64,000 nt of DNA from Octopus vulgaris (GCA_951406725.2 OX597828.1:47988001-48052000), one strand, 5' to 3'; shown: positions 51,808-64,000, counted from the stretch's first letter. A program made the numbers and translations. The notes: generated from the sequence alone by a model not told the origin.

Positions 51808-53811
51808 GTAAGTTAATATGATCTGGAATGGTCCTCTATTTTGTTGGTAAAAAGCAATGATTGTTGCTTCATTTGGGTCTTGAAGAGGATTTCTTGTGTG
51901 ATGTGGATGGTGAAATCCTGATGGTTTATGTGGGGATGTGGAATAAATACACAAAATTTTATACTCTGGTGAAGATAAGAATGTTTTAGTCCTTTATCAT
52001 CTAAACTGACCTTAGCTGGCCCAAATATTCTGCTTGTTTTATGTTCTCATAACCTACCCTACAGTGTCTTAGGGTGTACACTCACATCATGACAGTCTCA
52101 AAGCTATGAGGTAATGGATGGTTAATCCACAGTGAATAAATAGCCAGAATAATCTGAATGCTAAAGAGTTGAATATATTTGAATGCAACCATGTTGGAGA
52201 ACCACCTTTAGCTGAACAAATCAACCCCAGCACTTATTCTTTGTATGTAAGCCTTGTACTTATTCTATCAGTCAGTTTTGCTGAACTGCTATGTTACTGG
52301 GACGTAAACACGTCATCAGTTGTCAAACAAAGGTGGTGTGACAAACACACACACAAATACATATATATATACAACAGGCTTCTTTCGGTTTCTGTTTACC
52401 AAATCCACTCACAAGGCTTTGGCCAGTCCAAGGCTATAGTAGAAGGTATTTGATCAAGATGCCACGCAGTGACTGAACCCCCGAACCATGTACTTGGGAA
52501 GCAAGCTTTCTTCCACACAGCCACTCCTGCACCTTTAGAATGTGGGTTCATATAAGAAGATTTTGTTAAAATTTATGTCCTATAATTTGGTTACACTTCT
52601 ACAATACACGAAAGTTTAAGGCATTATATTACAATTTATGGCCAGTTCGAGTTGGTGAAAATGTACTAGCCCTGGGTTTTTTGCTAGTATCTGGCTATGG
52701 GAGGGAATGATTGCCTTTGTTACACCAATGAGAGGCCTGTTTCTTCCCTGCTCCAGATAAACCATGTGTTACCACCGTTAATGTCCATTTTCTATGCTGG
52801 CATGAGTTGGACAGTTTCACTGAGGATTGTGTCATGTCCAGTGTCTGCTTTGTTGTGGTCTCTCTAGTTCTAACACTGCTTTTTCAATATCATGTGACTA
52901 GCAAGACTAAAGATCCCCAATGATAAGAAGGGGTATTATACAGGGTGAGTGGTGACCTTATGCTTGGTACTGAGGAGTTGGAGTATGATAGAAAGAACAA
53001 GTTTGTTGCAGTGTAGTGGATGCATGGTTACATTGCATTATATTAGACTGTAGTAGTGATATGGTGCCACATTGAGCCCTCGAGATGAATAGATGAGAGA
53101 GTGGAGACAGAATTAAAAGGGTTGATTGGATAGTTGCAAGTGTATGTTTATTGTACAAATTTTCAAATTGAAGATATCTTTACTTACTGTATAGAGCTAA
53201 AATTGGTATGCACAAACCAAAAAAGGATCCCTGCAGTATAGTATTTTAGGGTGTGTTCTAGTTATAAGATCATTTAATGTCTGTTGTCCATGCTGGCATG
53301 CTTTCTACAGCTGGATGCCTTTCCTGATGCAAACCACTCCAGGGCTGGCATGCTGGAGAGCTTCGCCAGGCTCCAGTCTTGATTTGGCATATTTTCTAAG
53401 ACAGGATGCATTTCCTATATGGCATTTGCATCACACTAGTATCTGCCACAACTGCAGTTTTACCTGGTGCGATGGATCTTCTCAAGTTCAGCAAAATTCC
53501 AAAGGTCTTGGCCATTCATCATTGCCTCCGTGAGGTCCAACACTGGAAAGGTTTATTGTGCCCCGTAAAAGTTCAAGTTGATAGTATCTGCTATTTCTCA
53601 GACTATTTCCTGTGACACTCCATCTGTGGTAGAATTGACCATTTGGTGTTACAATCCGTTTTGACCAAAATAGTATTCGCTTATCTTCTTACATTACGAC
53701 TTTCTATTTTCAAGTGTAGGACTCCTGGTGGTGTCATGTTCCCAATTTCAGTTTTCCCAACAGTTCTTAAAACTGTCTCTGATGTCCTGCTTATTTCTCC
53801 ATTTTTTTCAG

Positions 53812-53910
53812 GCTAAACAGTGGAAAGCTACTCAGGGTCGGTGGCCCAAGAAGAGTGCTAAATTTCTTTTACAGTTGTTGAAGAATGCTGAAAGTAATGC
53901 TGAGTTTAAG
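53812..53910 (+). CDS. RPL17: RPL17 coding exon 4: [33 protein letters not shown]
   Basis: ttttcag| ... |GTAAGA, 99 nt. Contains the QGRWPKKSA and LLKNAESNA motifs, and lies within the supplied ORF 53728..54111. Confidence 0.97.
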
Positions 53911-55551
53911 GTAAGATTCTATATACTGTTCTTCATTCTACACGTTTGGCATTTCTGTAACAGCTGTATGGTTAATATTCGTCTTCGTGTAGATAGAAAG
54001 TACATACCCAAAGTGCTCTTTGTCTCCTCGAAAAGAATTGTTCATTCATGTGTATTAATTCTTAAGATCCTGTTGAGAATTTTCCAAACCTATTGCTCAG
54101 GCCTGCGTTGATTGATTAGAAAATACCTAAAGACGTATAGAGGGGTTTGTGTATCCCCTTGTAGTCTGATTTTTTTTTCTATTTTCCCCTCCATAAATTG
54201 TCATTTGTACTAAGAAAAAGATCAAGTTACATTGCAAAATCTTCACAATAGAGGGAATGTCTGCTGGTAACTCACTTGAAGAATTCGTAATTTGCTTTAG
54301 GTGGTATGATACTGAGAGATACATGCACTGGTGGGGAGATGTGTGGTACACAGTATGTTATGGGTTAATTTTGCATTTGATTGTGGAATAGCCAGCTAAT
54401 TAGTGTTGTTACAGCATGGACTTATGTTCTTATTTTAGCTGAAAGTGCACCATCAACCAAGCAACCACTTACCTCGGTCCTTCTTGCACATGGTTAACGA
54501 GAATACCTTGAGTTTCTACTTTATGTCAATGAATGTTAGGGGCTTAATCTTTTATGATTTTTGAAGAATTAGTTTCTGTAACTACACCAGACAATATCAG
54601 TATATAATTACGGTGGTTATCTATCCCACTGCATAATTAGTCGTTTGTTTTAATCCTGGGGAGGTCAAGGTATTTAACTTGCTCATTCACTGAACTTGCT
54701 GGACTTGTGCAAAAGTTGAAATTATTTAGTGGTTTGGTTAACCTTTATATAATAGTGTCTGTTGTACAGTTGTCACCTTCATCACTGTCCAGTATTCCGT
54801 GTTTGCATGGGTAGGTGGTTATTGCTGAGACAGGTTTTCTGCATCCTGTGGAGTGCCCTTATCCATTTCCAAGTAAGGTTATATTTCTCTGTGGAAGATT
54901 GCAGCTATGCCTTTGCAATCACACCCTCAAAGCACAGTTAAACCTGCCGTTTAGTCTAGGGTGTGCAACCCATTACTCCTACCCCCATCTGCTGCTGCTT
55001 AATTCTCTCTTCCTTCATTTTCTTATTTCTTTACTGCCCACAAGGGGCTACATACAGAGAGGACAGACAAACGGGTTATATCGACCCCAGTGCGTAACTG
55101 GTACTTATTTAATCGACCCCGAAAGGATGAAAGGCAAAGTCAATCTTGGCTGAATTTGAACTCAGAATGTAGCGGCAGGCAAAATACCGCTAAGCATTTC
55201 ACCCAGCTTGCTAACGTTTCTGCCTTTCTTCTTCATTTTCTTGGGGAGGTGGTTATGGGTGGGTGGGGTCCAATAATTATCTTTTATGGCAATCATAGTA
55301 GCTGGTTTAGAAAATCCATACAGGAGGTGAAAGTGGTAACTATACTGCGAAGTAATGCATATCACCATATCAATATCTCTTCCATAGAAATCCACATTAC
55401 CCCCATGAGGAACCTCTTCTCGGGATTAAAGACAGTAGTAACATAGATTCCTATGGAACAGCCATATTGATGTGGCAGTAAGCACTACTTAATCTTTTGT
55501 ACTTTTAAATTTATTTTGTTGTCTTCACAAATTGCTATCCTACCATTGCAG

Positions 55552-55648
55552 GGTTTAGACACCGATCACTTAGTCATTGAACACATTCAAGTGAACCAAG
55601 CCCCTAAAATGAGAAGACGGACATACAGAGCTCATGGACGTATTAATC
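55552..55648 (+). CDS. RPL17: RPL17 coding exon 5: [32 protein letters not shown]
   Basis: ttgcag| ... |GTAAGT, 97 nt (phase 1). Contains the uL22 signature [12 protein letters not shown]. Confidence 0.97.
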
Positions 55649-55782
55649 GTAAGTATTGTTAATGATTCTATTACTTTGTCTTATCTGCCTCCTTTCCATT
55701 CCTCTTATTCTTCTACAACAAATGTATATGATGGGGATATTGTTAATGTTTCATAACTTTGTGACTTGTTCTTTCTTTACAG

Positions 55783-55931
55783 CTTTCATGAGCAGTCCAT
55801 GCCATATTGAAGTTATTCTCACAGAAAAGGAAATCCCTGTACCAAAACCAGCAGGAAGTGAGGATGAGCCCGTGCGTAAGAAGGTGTCACAAAAGAAGCT
55901 AAAGAAACAGAAATTAATGATGAGGGACTAA
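55783..55931 (+). CDS. RPL17: RPL17 last coding exon: [49 protein letters not shown]
   Basis: tttacag| acceptor, MSSPCHIE motif, basic tail, TAA ending at 55931. The spliced CDS totals 561 nt = 186 aa + stop. Confidence 0.97.
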
Positions 55932-55944
55932 ATATATTGTGAGA

Positions 55945-55950
55945 AATAAA
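55945..55950 (+). terminator. RPL17: Polyadenylation signal of RPL17
   Basis: AATAAA 14 nt after the stop, followed by GT/T-rich sequence. A short 3'UTR is typical of RP genes. Confidence 0.75.
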
Positions 55951-58297
55951 GTGATATTTCTGTGTTACGAGATATATTTGTTTGTATTTATTACTGTGTT
56001 GACCTGAAGTGCCAATCCCTAACTTTTGAGGAAACATGTAGAAGAGGTAGACCCAGGAAGACATGGTATGAGATGGTGAAGCTTGATCTTCTGATGTTGG
56101 GTCTCATAGAGGCAATGACAAATGATTAAGTCCTTGAGAAGACTCATTAGACCAAGCGAATTTGTAATTGTGATCAGTGTTTGGAAGGGCATCCCACTAT
56201 GGAGCACAAGCCAAAATCAGGCTGGAACTTGGTACAGCTCTCTGGTTTACTAGTTCCTGTGAAACCGTCTGACCCATGCTAAATGATGATGGTTTTATAT
56301 ATATATGAGACTGCAGCTGTGCTAGGGCACCGGCTTGGGGAATTTTAGTCGAATCAAGGCCCTAGTACTTAGTCTATAAAGCTTTTTGCTGAATCATTGA
56401 ATTGCAGGGATGTAAACAGGCCAGCAGTGGTGAGGAACAATGTGCACTAGCATGCACACACATTTATAGGTATATATTTTCCTTCATTGGACACTAAACT
56501 CTACTTGCAGAGACTTGTTGAGGCAAGTGAAATTGAAATCAAATTCGATGGCTGGCATCCGTGCTAGTGGAGCGCTAAGAGAACCATACGAGTGAGATTG
56601 GGGCCAGAGCAACAAGCTGGCCTCCGAGCCAATGCCACATTAAAAACACCATTCAAGCGTGGTCGTTACCTGCGTCGCTTTACTAGCATGTGAAAAAACA
56701 TTCAAGTGAGGTCGTTGTCAGTACCGCCTGACTGGCCCTCATGTTGGTGGCACGTAAAAGCACCCACTACACTCTCGGAGTGGTTGGCGTTAGGAAGGGC
56801 ATCCAGCTGTAGAAAGTGCCAGACCTCAGTCAAATTGTCCAACCCATGCTAGCATGGAAAGCGGACGTTAAACGACGATGATGGTGATATATATGACCCA
56901 TAATGAGCATTTTCCAAATCCACTCCGAAGACTTTGGCCAGCCCAAAGCTTATAGTAGAAGATACTCACCCAGGGTGTCATGTGGTTGGGAAACAAATTT
57001 AGTACCTCGCAGCCACTCCAGCATGTAAATCTATCTATAGATATACATACAGCAACATGCTTCTACTACTACTATCAGTTCTTTGTTGTCTGCTGCTACT
57101 CACTTTTTGACATTTTCCCAACTGTTCAAACAATACAATGAAGCAACTATTCTCGGTTCTCTTGGTATTTACTTGCAGTGAATTGGCAGCAACATTAAAA
57201 CATCCAACAAAATACTTTGTGTTATTTCTTTTTGGTTGTTGAGGTTCATCATTTAACGTCCATTGTGCATGATGGCATAGGTTGGGTGGCTTGACCAGGG
57301 CTGGGGAACTGCACCAAACTCCACTCATTTGACATGGTTTCTACAGCTGGATGCCCTTCTTGACACTGAACACTTTACAGTGTGTAGAGTACTTTTATGT
57401 GGCACCAACAGAGGGACCAGTCTGAACACTTCCGCTGCATTTAAATCTTGGTCAGCTTCATCTTTTATCCTTCGGGGTTTGGTAAAATCAATTCTCTTTT
57501 CTACTCCAAAATTCTGGTGTTTGTCATCATCATCATCGCTTTCCATGCTGGCATGGGTTGGACGGTGCAACTGGGGTCTGGGAAGCCAGAAGGCTGCACC
57601 AGGCTCCAGTTTGATCTGGCAGTGTTTCTACAGCTGGATGCCCTTCCTAATGCCAACCACTCCATGAGTGTAGTTGGTGCTTTTTACGTGCCACCCAGGC
57701 CCTTCTCCCATTCTTGATCCTTCATTTCCTAGCGTAAAACTGCTGTTCTGAGTTATAGCCTTGCAAACTGCAGGGCTGGCAACATGAAAAGAAGTATGCA
57801 GTTTGGGCTCTAACATAGTTGGTGTTGGGAAGAATGCCTAGGTGTAAAGACCATACTAATGTAGACAGTGGAGCACAGTGCACTCCTGAGCTCTGTCAAG
57901 TTGTGGAACATAAGCATTAATAGAATGGTTTTGTATTTGGTTTATATTTTTGTTAAATTAGCATTTTCACTACCCTGCTTAATATTGGTAGGCAGCCAAT
58001 TGTTGAATTAATGTTTCCCCAGAACGGAAGGTGATGGATCTCTGAGGAGGATTTAGTGTGTTAGCATTCCACAGACACACGCGTAACCTTAGCAGAATTT
58101 TAGAATTATTAGTACTATTCACTCAACAGCTTTCTATGCAGTTTCTGTCTACCCAATTTCTATTTCAAGGAATGGGTCATCTTGAGGCTGTATTAAGTGA
58201 CATTTACCCAAGTTGTACAAACTGCTATAAAGGAAATAGATTACTCAACTAGAAATAATTAATTCACTGTACTAAAAGGAAGAACACATTCATGTAA

Positions 58298-58736
58298 TCT
58301 GTATATATATAAATGGCGAGATGTGTGTGTACATGAATGTAATTTATGCATGTCACTCCAATTTTAGGAGGACATTCATTATGACTCTAGCTGTATTTTC
58401 GTCAACTTATTTTCCCCAGAGCACCAGCAAATAGCAGTAAAAATAAATTTTCAAGTTGGAGAAATCACCATTGTTTGCAAACATGAGTTAAGTCCCCTTC
58501 CAGCAACGAGTGACTTTTGTTGTTTTTCTTTTTTTTCATCAAGGTAAAAAGTGTTTTGTTGATATACAGATCACTCACACGAACATGTATGCAATAGGTG
58601 TGCGTACGTGTGTTGCCCATATATATATATATATATATATCAATGGATTTTGCCCATATTTGACGTTGATGTTACTTAGTTTGGTTTGAAGAACGTTATT
58701 AACTTAATCCCGGGCAAAGCCAGGTTATACTGCTAG
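58298..58736 (+). mobile_element. Non-autonomous Helitron-like element
   Basis: A|TCTGTATATATATAAA start, imperfect GC hairpin (CCCGGGCAAAGCCAGG) and CTAG|T end. Confidence 0.65.
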
Positions 58737-59556
58737 TTTTAAATAAAACTGAATTCTTTTGAATATAAGTTTCCTATACCAGAGTTGAGCTTTTAGTGCT
58801 GTTGTGTTAAATGACAGTTCAAGGTGTCCAGTATTTGAATTGGTTGGCTACACATCACTAATTTCTGGTCTGCACAGATGACTTTATACACAGCGGGACC
58901 TGGCTACGAGAATTTGAACATGTCCTTTCCAACATGGAAAAACTACATACACAGGATTGACAACAGGTGGCAGGGGGGGAGTCTAGCATTTAGTTAGTGA
59001 TAGAGAAATAGATTGGAGGAGGAGCCAGTTTGTGATCTAAGAGGTAATTGGAAATGGCATGTTAGTTTAGTAGTAAGGTCACTGGTTCATCTAATACTTC
59101 AATGCCTCCTTCCAACTATCTTCTTTATTCACTCTACCTCACATTACTATATGTATTTGGCATTCAATACACATCATGCTAAGCACCAAAGTCACATGTT
59201 GGACTGAGATGGACCGATAACACCAAGTTCCAGTAATGATTATGATAATAGTGGTGAAGGTAAAATGTATAGCTTTACATGTGCATTAAATGTGACCATG
59301 AAAACCATTAGAAATCACTCTTTTGTCCTATAAGAAACAAATGTAAACTCTGAGGAAGCTATAAGGTGATGCACAAGCACTCTGCTCTGAGTGCACTGCA
59401 TCTCGTAGCAGAAACAGACATAAGCCTACAAAGTTCATTGTATAATTTCTTGTTCCCTTGTCATTCATTTAATCTCATTACACTCTGTACTCGACTAACA
59501 ATTTATTCGGAAGCAAATATATATTGAGTTATTAGTATCGCTATGCCTAAGTAAAA

Positions 59557-60113
59557 TATTCTTTTCTACTCTAGGCACAAGGCCTGAAATTTTAAGGGAG
59601 GAGGCAGGGGTAGTCGATTAAATCAACCCCCATACGCAACTGGTACTTAACTTATTGATCCCCACCCCCTTAAAGGATGAATGGCAAAGTCAACCTCGGC
59701 AGAATTTGAACTCAGAACGTAAAGACAGGCAAAGTACTGCTAAGCATTTTGCCCAGCATGCTAACATTTATTTCTTTATTGCCAACAAGGGGCTAAACAT
59801 AGAGGGGACAAGTCGATTACATTGACCCCAGTGCGTAACTGGTACTTAATTTATCGACCCCAAAAGGATGAAAGGCAAAGTCAACCTCAGCGGAATTTGA
59901 ACTCAGAACGTAGCAGCAGACGAAATACCTATTTCTTTACTGCCCACAAGGGGCTACACAGAGAGGGGACAAACGGATTAAGTCGATTATATCGACCCCA
60001 AAAGGATGGAAGGCAAAGTCGACCTCGGCGGAATTTGAACTCAGAACGTATCGGCAGACAAAATATGGCTATGCATTTTGCCCGACGTGCTAACAATTCT
60101 GCCAGCTCGCCAC
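59557..60113 (-). mobile_element. Three tandem or nested family-B SINE copies
   Basis: The ...aaaggatg...ggcaaagtc...ctc(a/g)gc(a/g)gaatttgaactcagaacgta block occurs three times in series. Confidence 0.8.
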
Positions 60114-60861
60114 CTATGTAAAATATTAAAATATGTATATGTATATACATAGCAATTGCAACATGGAAGACACAAGCTGGTCATTCAGAAACAGGAAAAG
60201 ACTAACTTTACTTAAACGTTTATTTGTACTGTGGTTGACCTGTTGACTTACAACTAATTGTGCAGCCTTTGTGTGTTTCTGAATGGCTAACCTGTGTCAC
60301 TCATGCTGCAGTCATTTTAGTCTGAACACACAATCTCAAATCAACTCACTTGCCAATCAAATACCCCCTCATATGTATATATATATATATATATGCCAGC
60401 ATGGAAGATGGGTGTTAGACGATGATGATATATAATGGGGTCTTGAATTGAGATCCTAAAACCAAGTGTTAGTGTGGGTGCTGGTGCCATATAAAAAGCA
60501 GTGAAGAGTGTTGGCATCTGAAGAGCATCCAGCTGTAGAAACCAAGCCAAAACGGACCATGGGACCTGGTGCATCACATGGCCTTGCCAGTTCCTGTCAT
60601 GCCAGCATAGAAAACGGACTTTGAATGATGATAATGATAAAGTAAAGGGTTCTTCCATGAGATGAATATGAAAGGTTTCCAAAATAGGCACAAGGCCAGC
60701 AATTTTGAAGATTAAGGGACAAATCGATTACATTGAACCCCTACCTCCCCCAGTGCCTCACACTAATTTACCGACCCCAAAAACAAAGGCATTTGAACTC
60801 AATGTAATGATCTCGTCTAATTTCACTGCCATATCTTAATCGATTAAGTGTCTGCTACAAA

Positions 60862-61225
60862 TCTCTCTATATATATAAACGGCAAAATGTCTGTGTGCGT
60901 GTCCTTTATACAAATCCACAATTTTTCAGTTAGAGGGTTCGCATTTTCTATGGTCATTCAAAACCGACCAAGGGTGGTTGTGCACATCTTTACATTTCCC
61001 CAGTCACCCCACAAAGCTATTAAAAAAAAAAAATCAATAGAAGTGACATTTTTGTGAATTTTCTATCCAAAACCCAATCAAAATGCCCAAAACTTCATAC
61101 GCCAATTGAATGCCAGCGAGCTGTATGTGATTGGTCGGAGATTTGGACAGTACTCGCGTGTACACACACAGCTGTATATGCATGCACTAGCACTATGACC
61201 CGGCAACGCCGGGTCATAGTGCTAG
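60862..61225 (+). mobile_element. Non-autonomous Helitron
   Basis: A|TCTCTCTATATATATAAA ... hairpin ... CTAG|T. A second copy lies at 12378-12715 (-). Confidence 0.85.
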
Positions 61226-61789
61226 TCTATTGATAAAATTACATTTATTTTTGTAATGGCAACAATAATTATCTAATGCTTATTATTCGTGTTTAATTTT
61301 GATTAATATGCTGCAGTTTACAATGATATTTTACTTTCAGAAATGTGCACATGCTGTACGACCAACACACATAGACATTAATATTTCCACTGACTTGTGT
61401 GTTATAATCTATAACAAATGCAGAAGACATTTTGTCTGACAGAATGTCCTTAAGTGGCGACTGGATAGGAAGGAAACTGATGTGTGTGTGTGTGTATATA
61501 TACATTTTTTTTTCTTTTACTCGTTTCAGTCATTGGCCAGCAACCAGGCTTTTAAGCTTGCTACCTAATCTAACAGTCTTGCCGAAATACATTTTATAGG
61601 CATGTCAACAAACCAACAGCAGTGACGGCAGAGACACACATTCACTAAGAAAACACTGGTTGGTCCGGGCCTGTAGTAGAAGACACTTGCCTAAAGTTCC
61701 TCTCAGTGGGACTGCTCTCGAAACCTCGTGGTTGCAAAGCGAGTTTCTTACCCACACAACCATTGCTTACGCCTACACTTGAAACGGTG

Positions 61790-61845
61790 ATCCCATGCCG
61801 AGAATTGAACCCTGGCCGCCTAGGTGAAAACCAGGAATCTTAAGC
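61790..61845 (-). pseudogene. 5'-truncated tRNA-Glu(TTC) fragment
   Basis: Minus strand reads ...TAAGATTCCTGGTTTTCACCTAGGCGGCCAGGGTTCAATTCTCGGCATGGGA: anticodon arm with TTC, T arm and 3' acceptor strand of eukaryotic tRNA-Glu. The 5' acceptor strand and A box are missing and the stems carry mismatches. Confidence 0.75.
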
Positions 61846-64000
61846 TTGCAATTGTTTTTACATTGTATAAAAACACGAATAATATAAAGAGTGAGGGGGG
61901 GGACCCTAACCTTTTCTTTTCCCATGGGTGAGCACGGAGCACAACTCGAACGACTAAACTAAGTAACCGAGTAGAGATAACTGCAGTTTAATGCCCCACG
62001 CATCACTGTCCATAATTGCTCTTCAAAATGAGTTATTTTTAGGGAATGGTTTTGTTTTTAAATAAAATTTTGCGGAGATAACACCTTCGAAAGGTGTAAA
62101 TTACGATTATGTTGATGACATTTAAGAAAAAATATTTAAGACACTTCAATGTGTTACCTCGACTTTGTTTTCTCATAACTCTCTTCAAAATACATGTTTG
62201 CAGAAATACATTTTTTCAAAATGCATATTTTGCAGAAATAAATTTCCATTATATTTCAAAGAAAATAAAGTGCAAAAAAATGTTACATTTGATGGAAACG
62301 AAGTTGGAGCGAGGAAAGAATAAACTCTCCAAAATATTTATATTACGTTACTATTATTCATTATTTTATTCAATTTTAGAAAAATTGAAGCAGGTCTTCG
62401 ACATTTCCGAAGCATATTGAACTTATGTTGTGGTGACTTTTGGCCCACCCTTTATAATTGTAAATTGGGATTTTTATACCCGTCAAATGAGGCAGACGTA
62501 ATCTCTGATCGACAGAGTAGGAATAGATATCACTAACCCCGTGGGGAAGGAATTGGGCAATTGCTTTTCCCCCGTGAAAGAATTCTACATTTTTGCCCCG
62601 TTCTGGTAAATTCTTACTGTTACAGCTGTCTAAATTGAGGAGACTCAAATCTGTAGGTTGACCTTTGAGGGGGAAACCAAAACGGGGTTAACGGGTTTCC
62701 CCCTCATGGACAGCAGTTAAAACATTTTTAATAGAAAACGGAACAAAAAGAAAAAAAGTTTAGTAATTGTTTCAATTTTATCACTTCTAAAATGTCTTTC
62801 CTCATTATAAAACACAGCAGTGACAAGAAAAATAGATTAAAACTTGTGCATATATATATATTCTACACACAGTTTGTTTTGTCTATGATTCGACTGTGAC
62901 CCTTAATACACGCTGGGTGTGTAGAATTCGAGACACCTACCAACTGATTTCGTCAAACTCAGACGACACCGGAATATTAGGAGAGAGATAATAACAGACC
63001 CTGTATCTTCTTACTGATGTCTAATTATAACTGAACGAGACAGCTTCAAATAAGTAGGCAGAGAGGAAATAAAACAGAAGTTATGAAGATGTTTTGCATT
63101 TTTTTTTCTCTCTCTCTCTCTCTCTCTTATTCTTATAAGATGTGGAGGAGGAGGCTGCTTCCAAGTGGAATTCGTCTTTGGTCTGTTGCAGTTGCAAAAG
63201 AACTTCAAAAGTTTTAATTAGTAATTTTGGGTGAGGGAGAAGAATTCTTTAGTTCTGCGACTGTAATGCAGTGCGAATTCATTTCAATTCACTAATTTCA
63301 AGAATTCCGCCTGGAATGTTATTTTGCTACCTGACGTGGATAATTTGAAGAAGAAAAAAACGCAGCTGTGATGTTCTAAAAAAGGTGGATCCGGTTAGAA
63401 TAAACAAATTAGTCAAAAATAAAAGTATTGAAGCAGGTTTTTAAGTATTAATTATTTAAATATTATAAATAAATGCTAAGTTTTGAAACAATTAGTTGCT
63501 GTCTCCTCAAAACACCTGAAAAAACATTTCAAAAGTTCGTTAATATGAAACAGAATAAGAACTGATGATGGTTTTTTTTAAATAGCATTTTATATAACAA
63601 TAATAACAATAGCCATCGTATCACAAAAGTTTTAGTAAAAGGGGAAAAAATAGGTTCATTTAATCGGAAAATATTTTTTATATTCTCTTTTAAAATAAAG
63701 TAAAACGTTTTCTCTGGTTTTTGATATAAATAATTTCAACTGTATTTGTGTAATTAATAAGCAACAGCAAGTCATAACAAAATCAAAAGTTTTTCTTAAC
63801 AAAAATATAAATAGTAAAAGCTATAGAACTGATGACTGTAAACATACTCCTCTCATCTGTTTGAAGTATTTCTTTCTACTTCACCTGTCAGTATAAATAA
63901 ATGGTTTTTTGCCCTTAATGCCGGTTGAGATTCCTCGAGTTGGTCCACTTCAATGAAAGTTCACGTTCCCAGAGTCGGTCACTTTTACAGTTGGGACAGT

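Noticed and set aside
53860-53862. RPL17 Lys codon AAA where many animals have Glu (SAEFLL), a possible restorative A-to-I site
   Set aside because: As I recall, Lys occurs at this position in other eukaryotes, and nothing in the DNA indicates editing.

Overview
AT-rich, microsatellite- and repeat-dense eukaryotic DNA. The repeat landscape suggests an Octopus (coleoid cephalopod) genome, which is my inference. Two protein-coding genes sit head-to-head. On the + strand is a complete spliced 60S ribosomal protein L17 (RPL17/uL22) gene: a non-coding TCT/5'TOP exon at about 43298-43322 and six coding exons from 46210 to 55931 giving 186 aa. On the - strand is the first coding exon (41130-41063, MKKKPNLTLPP...) of a probable MEK1/2 (MAP2K1) gene, whose first intron apparently covers the left 41 kb. 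The rest is tRNA-derived SINEs, TTAA-flanked and hAT/Tc1-type MITEs, non-autonomous Helitrons, satellites and a tRNA-Glu fragment. The main hunt results are: (i) several unrelated sequence families embedded in (TA)n tracts carrying minimal hammerhead-ribozyme motifs of the Penelope-like-element type, including a ~96-bp-arm palindrome with a core-intact hammerhead on each strand and a family with a long stem II; (ii) one repeat copy with strand-specific A-to-G hypermutation, possibly a re-integrated ADAR-edited RNA; (iii) a series of G-U-rich stems and a C/D snoRNA candidate in RPL17 introns. Nearly all ORFs in the supplied track are artefacts of repeats.
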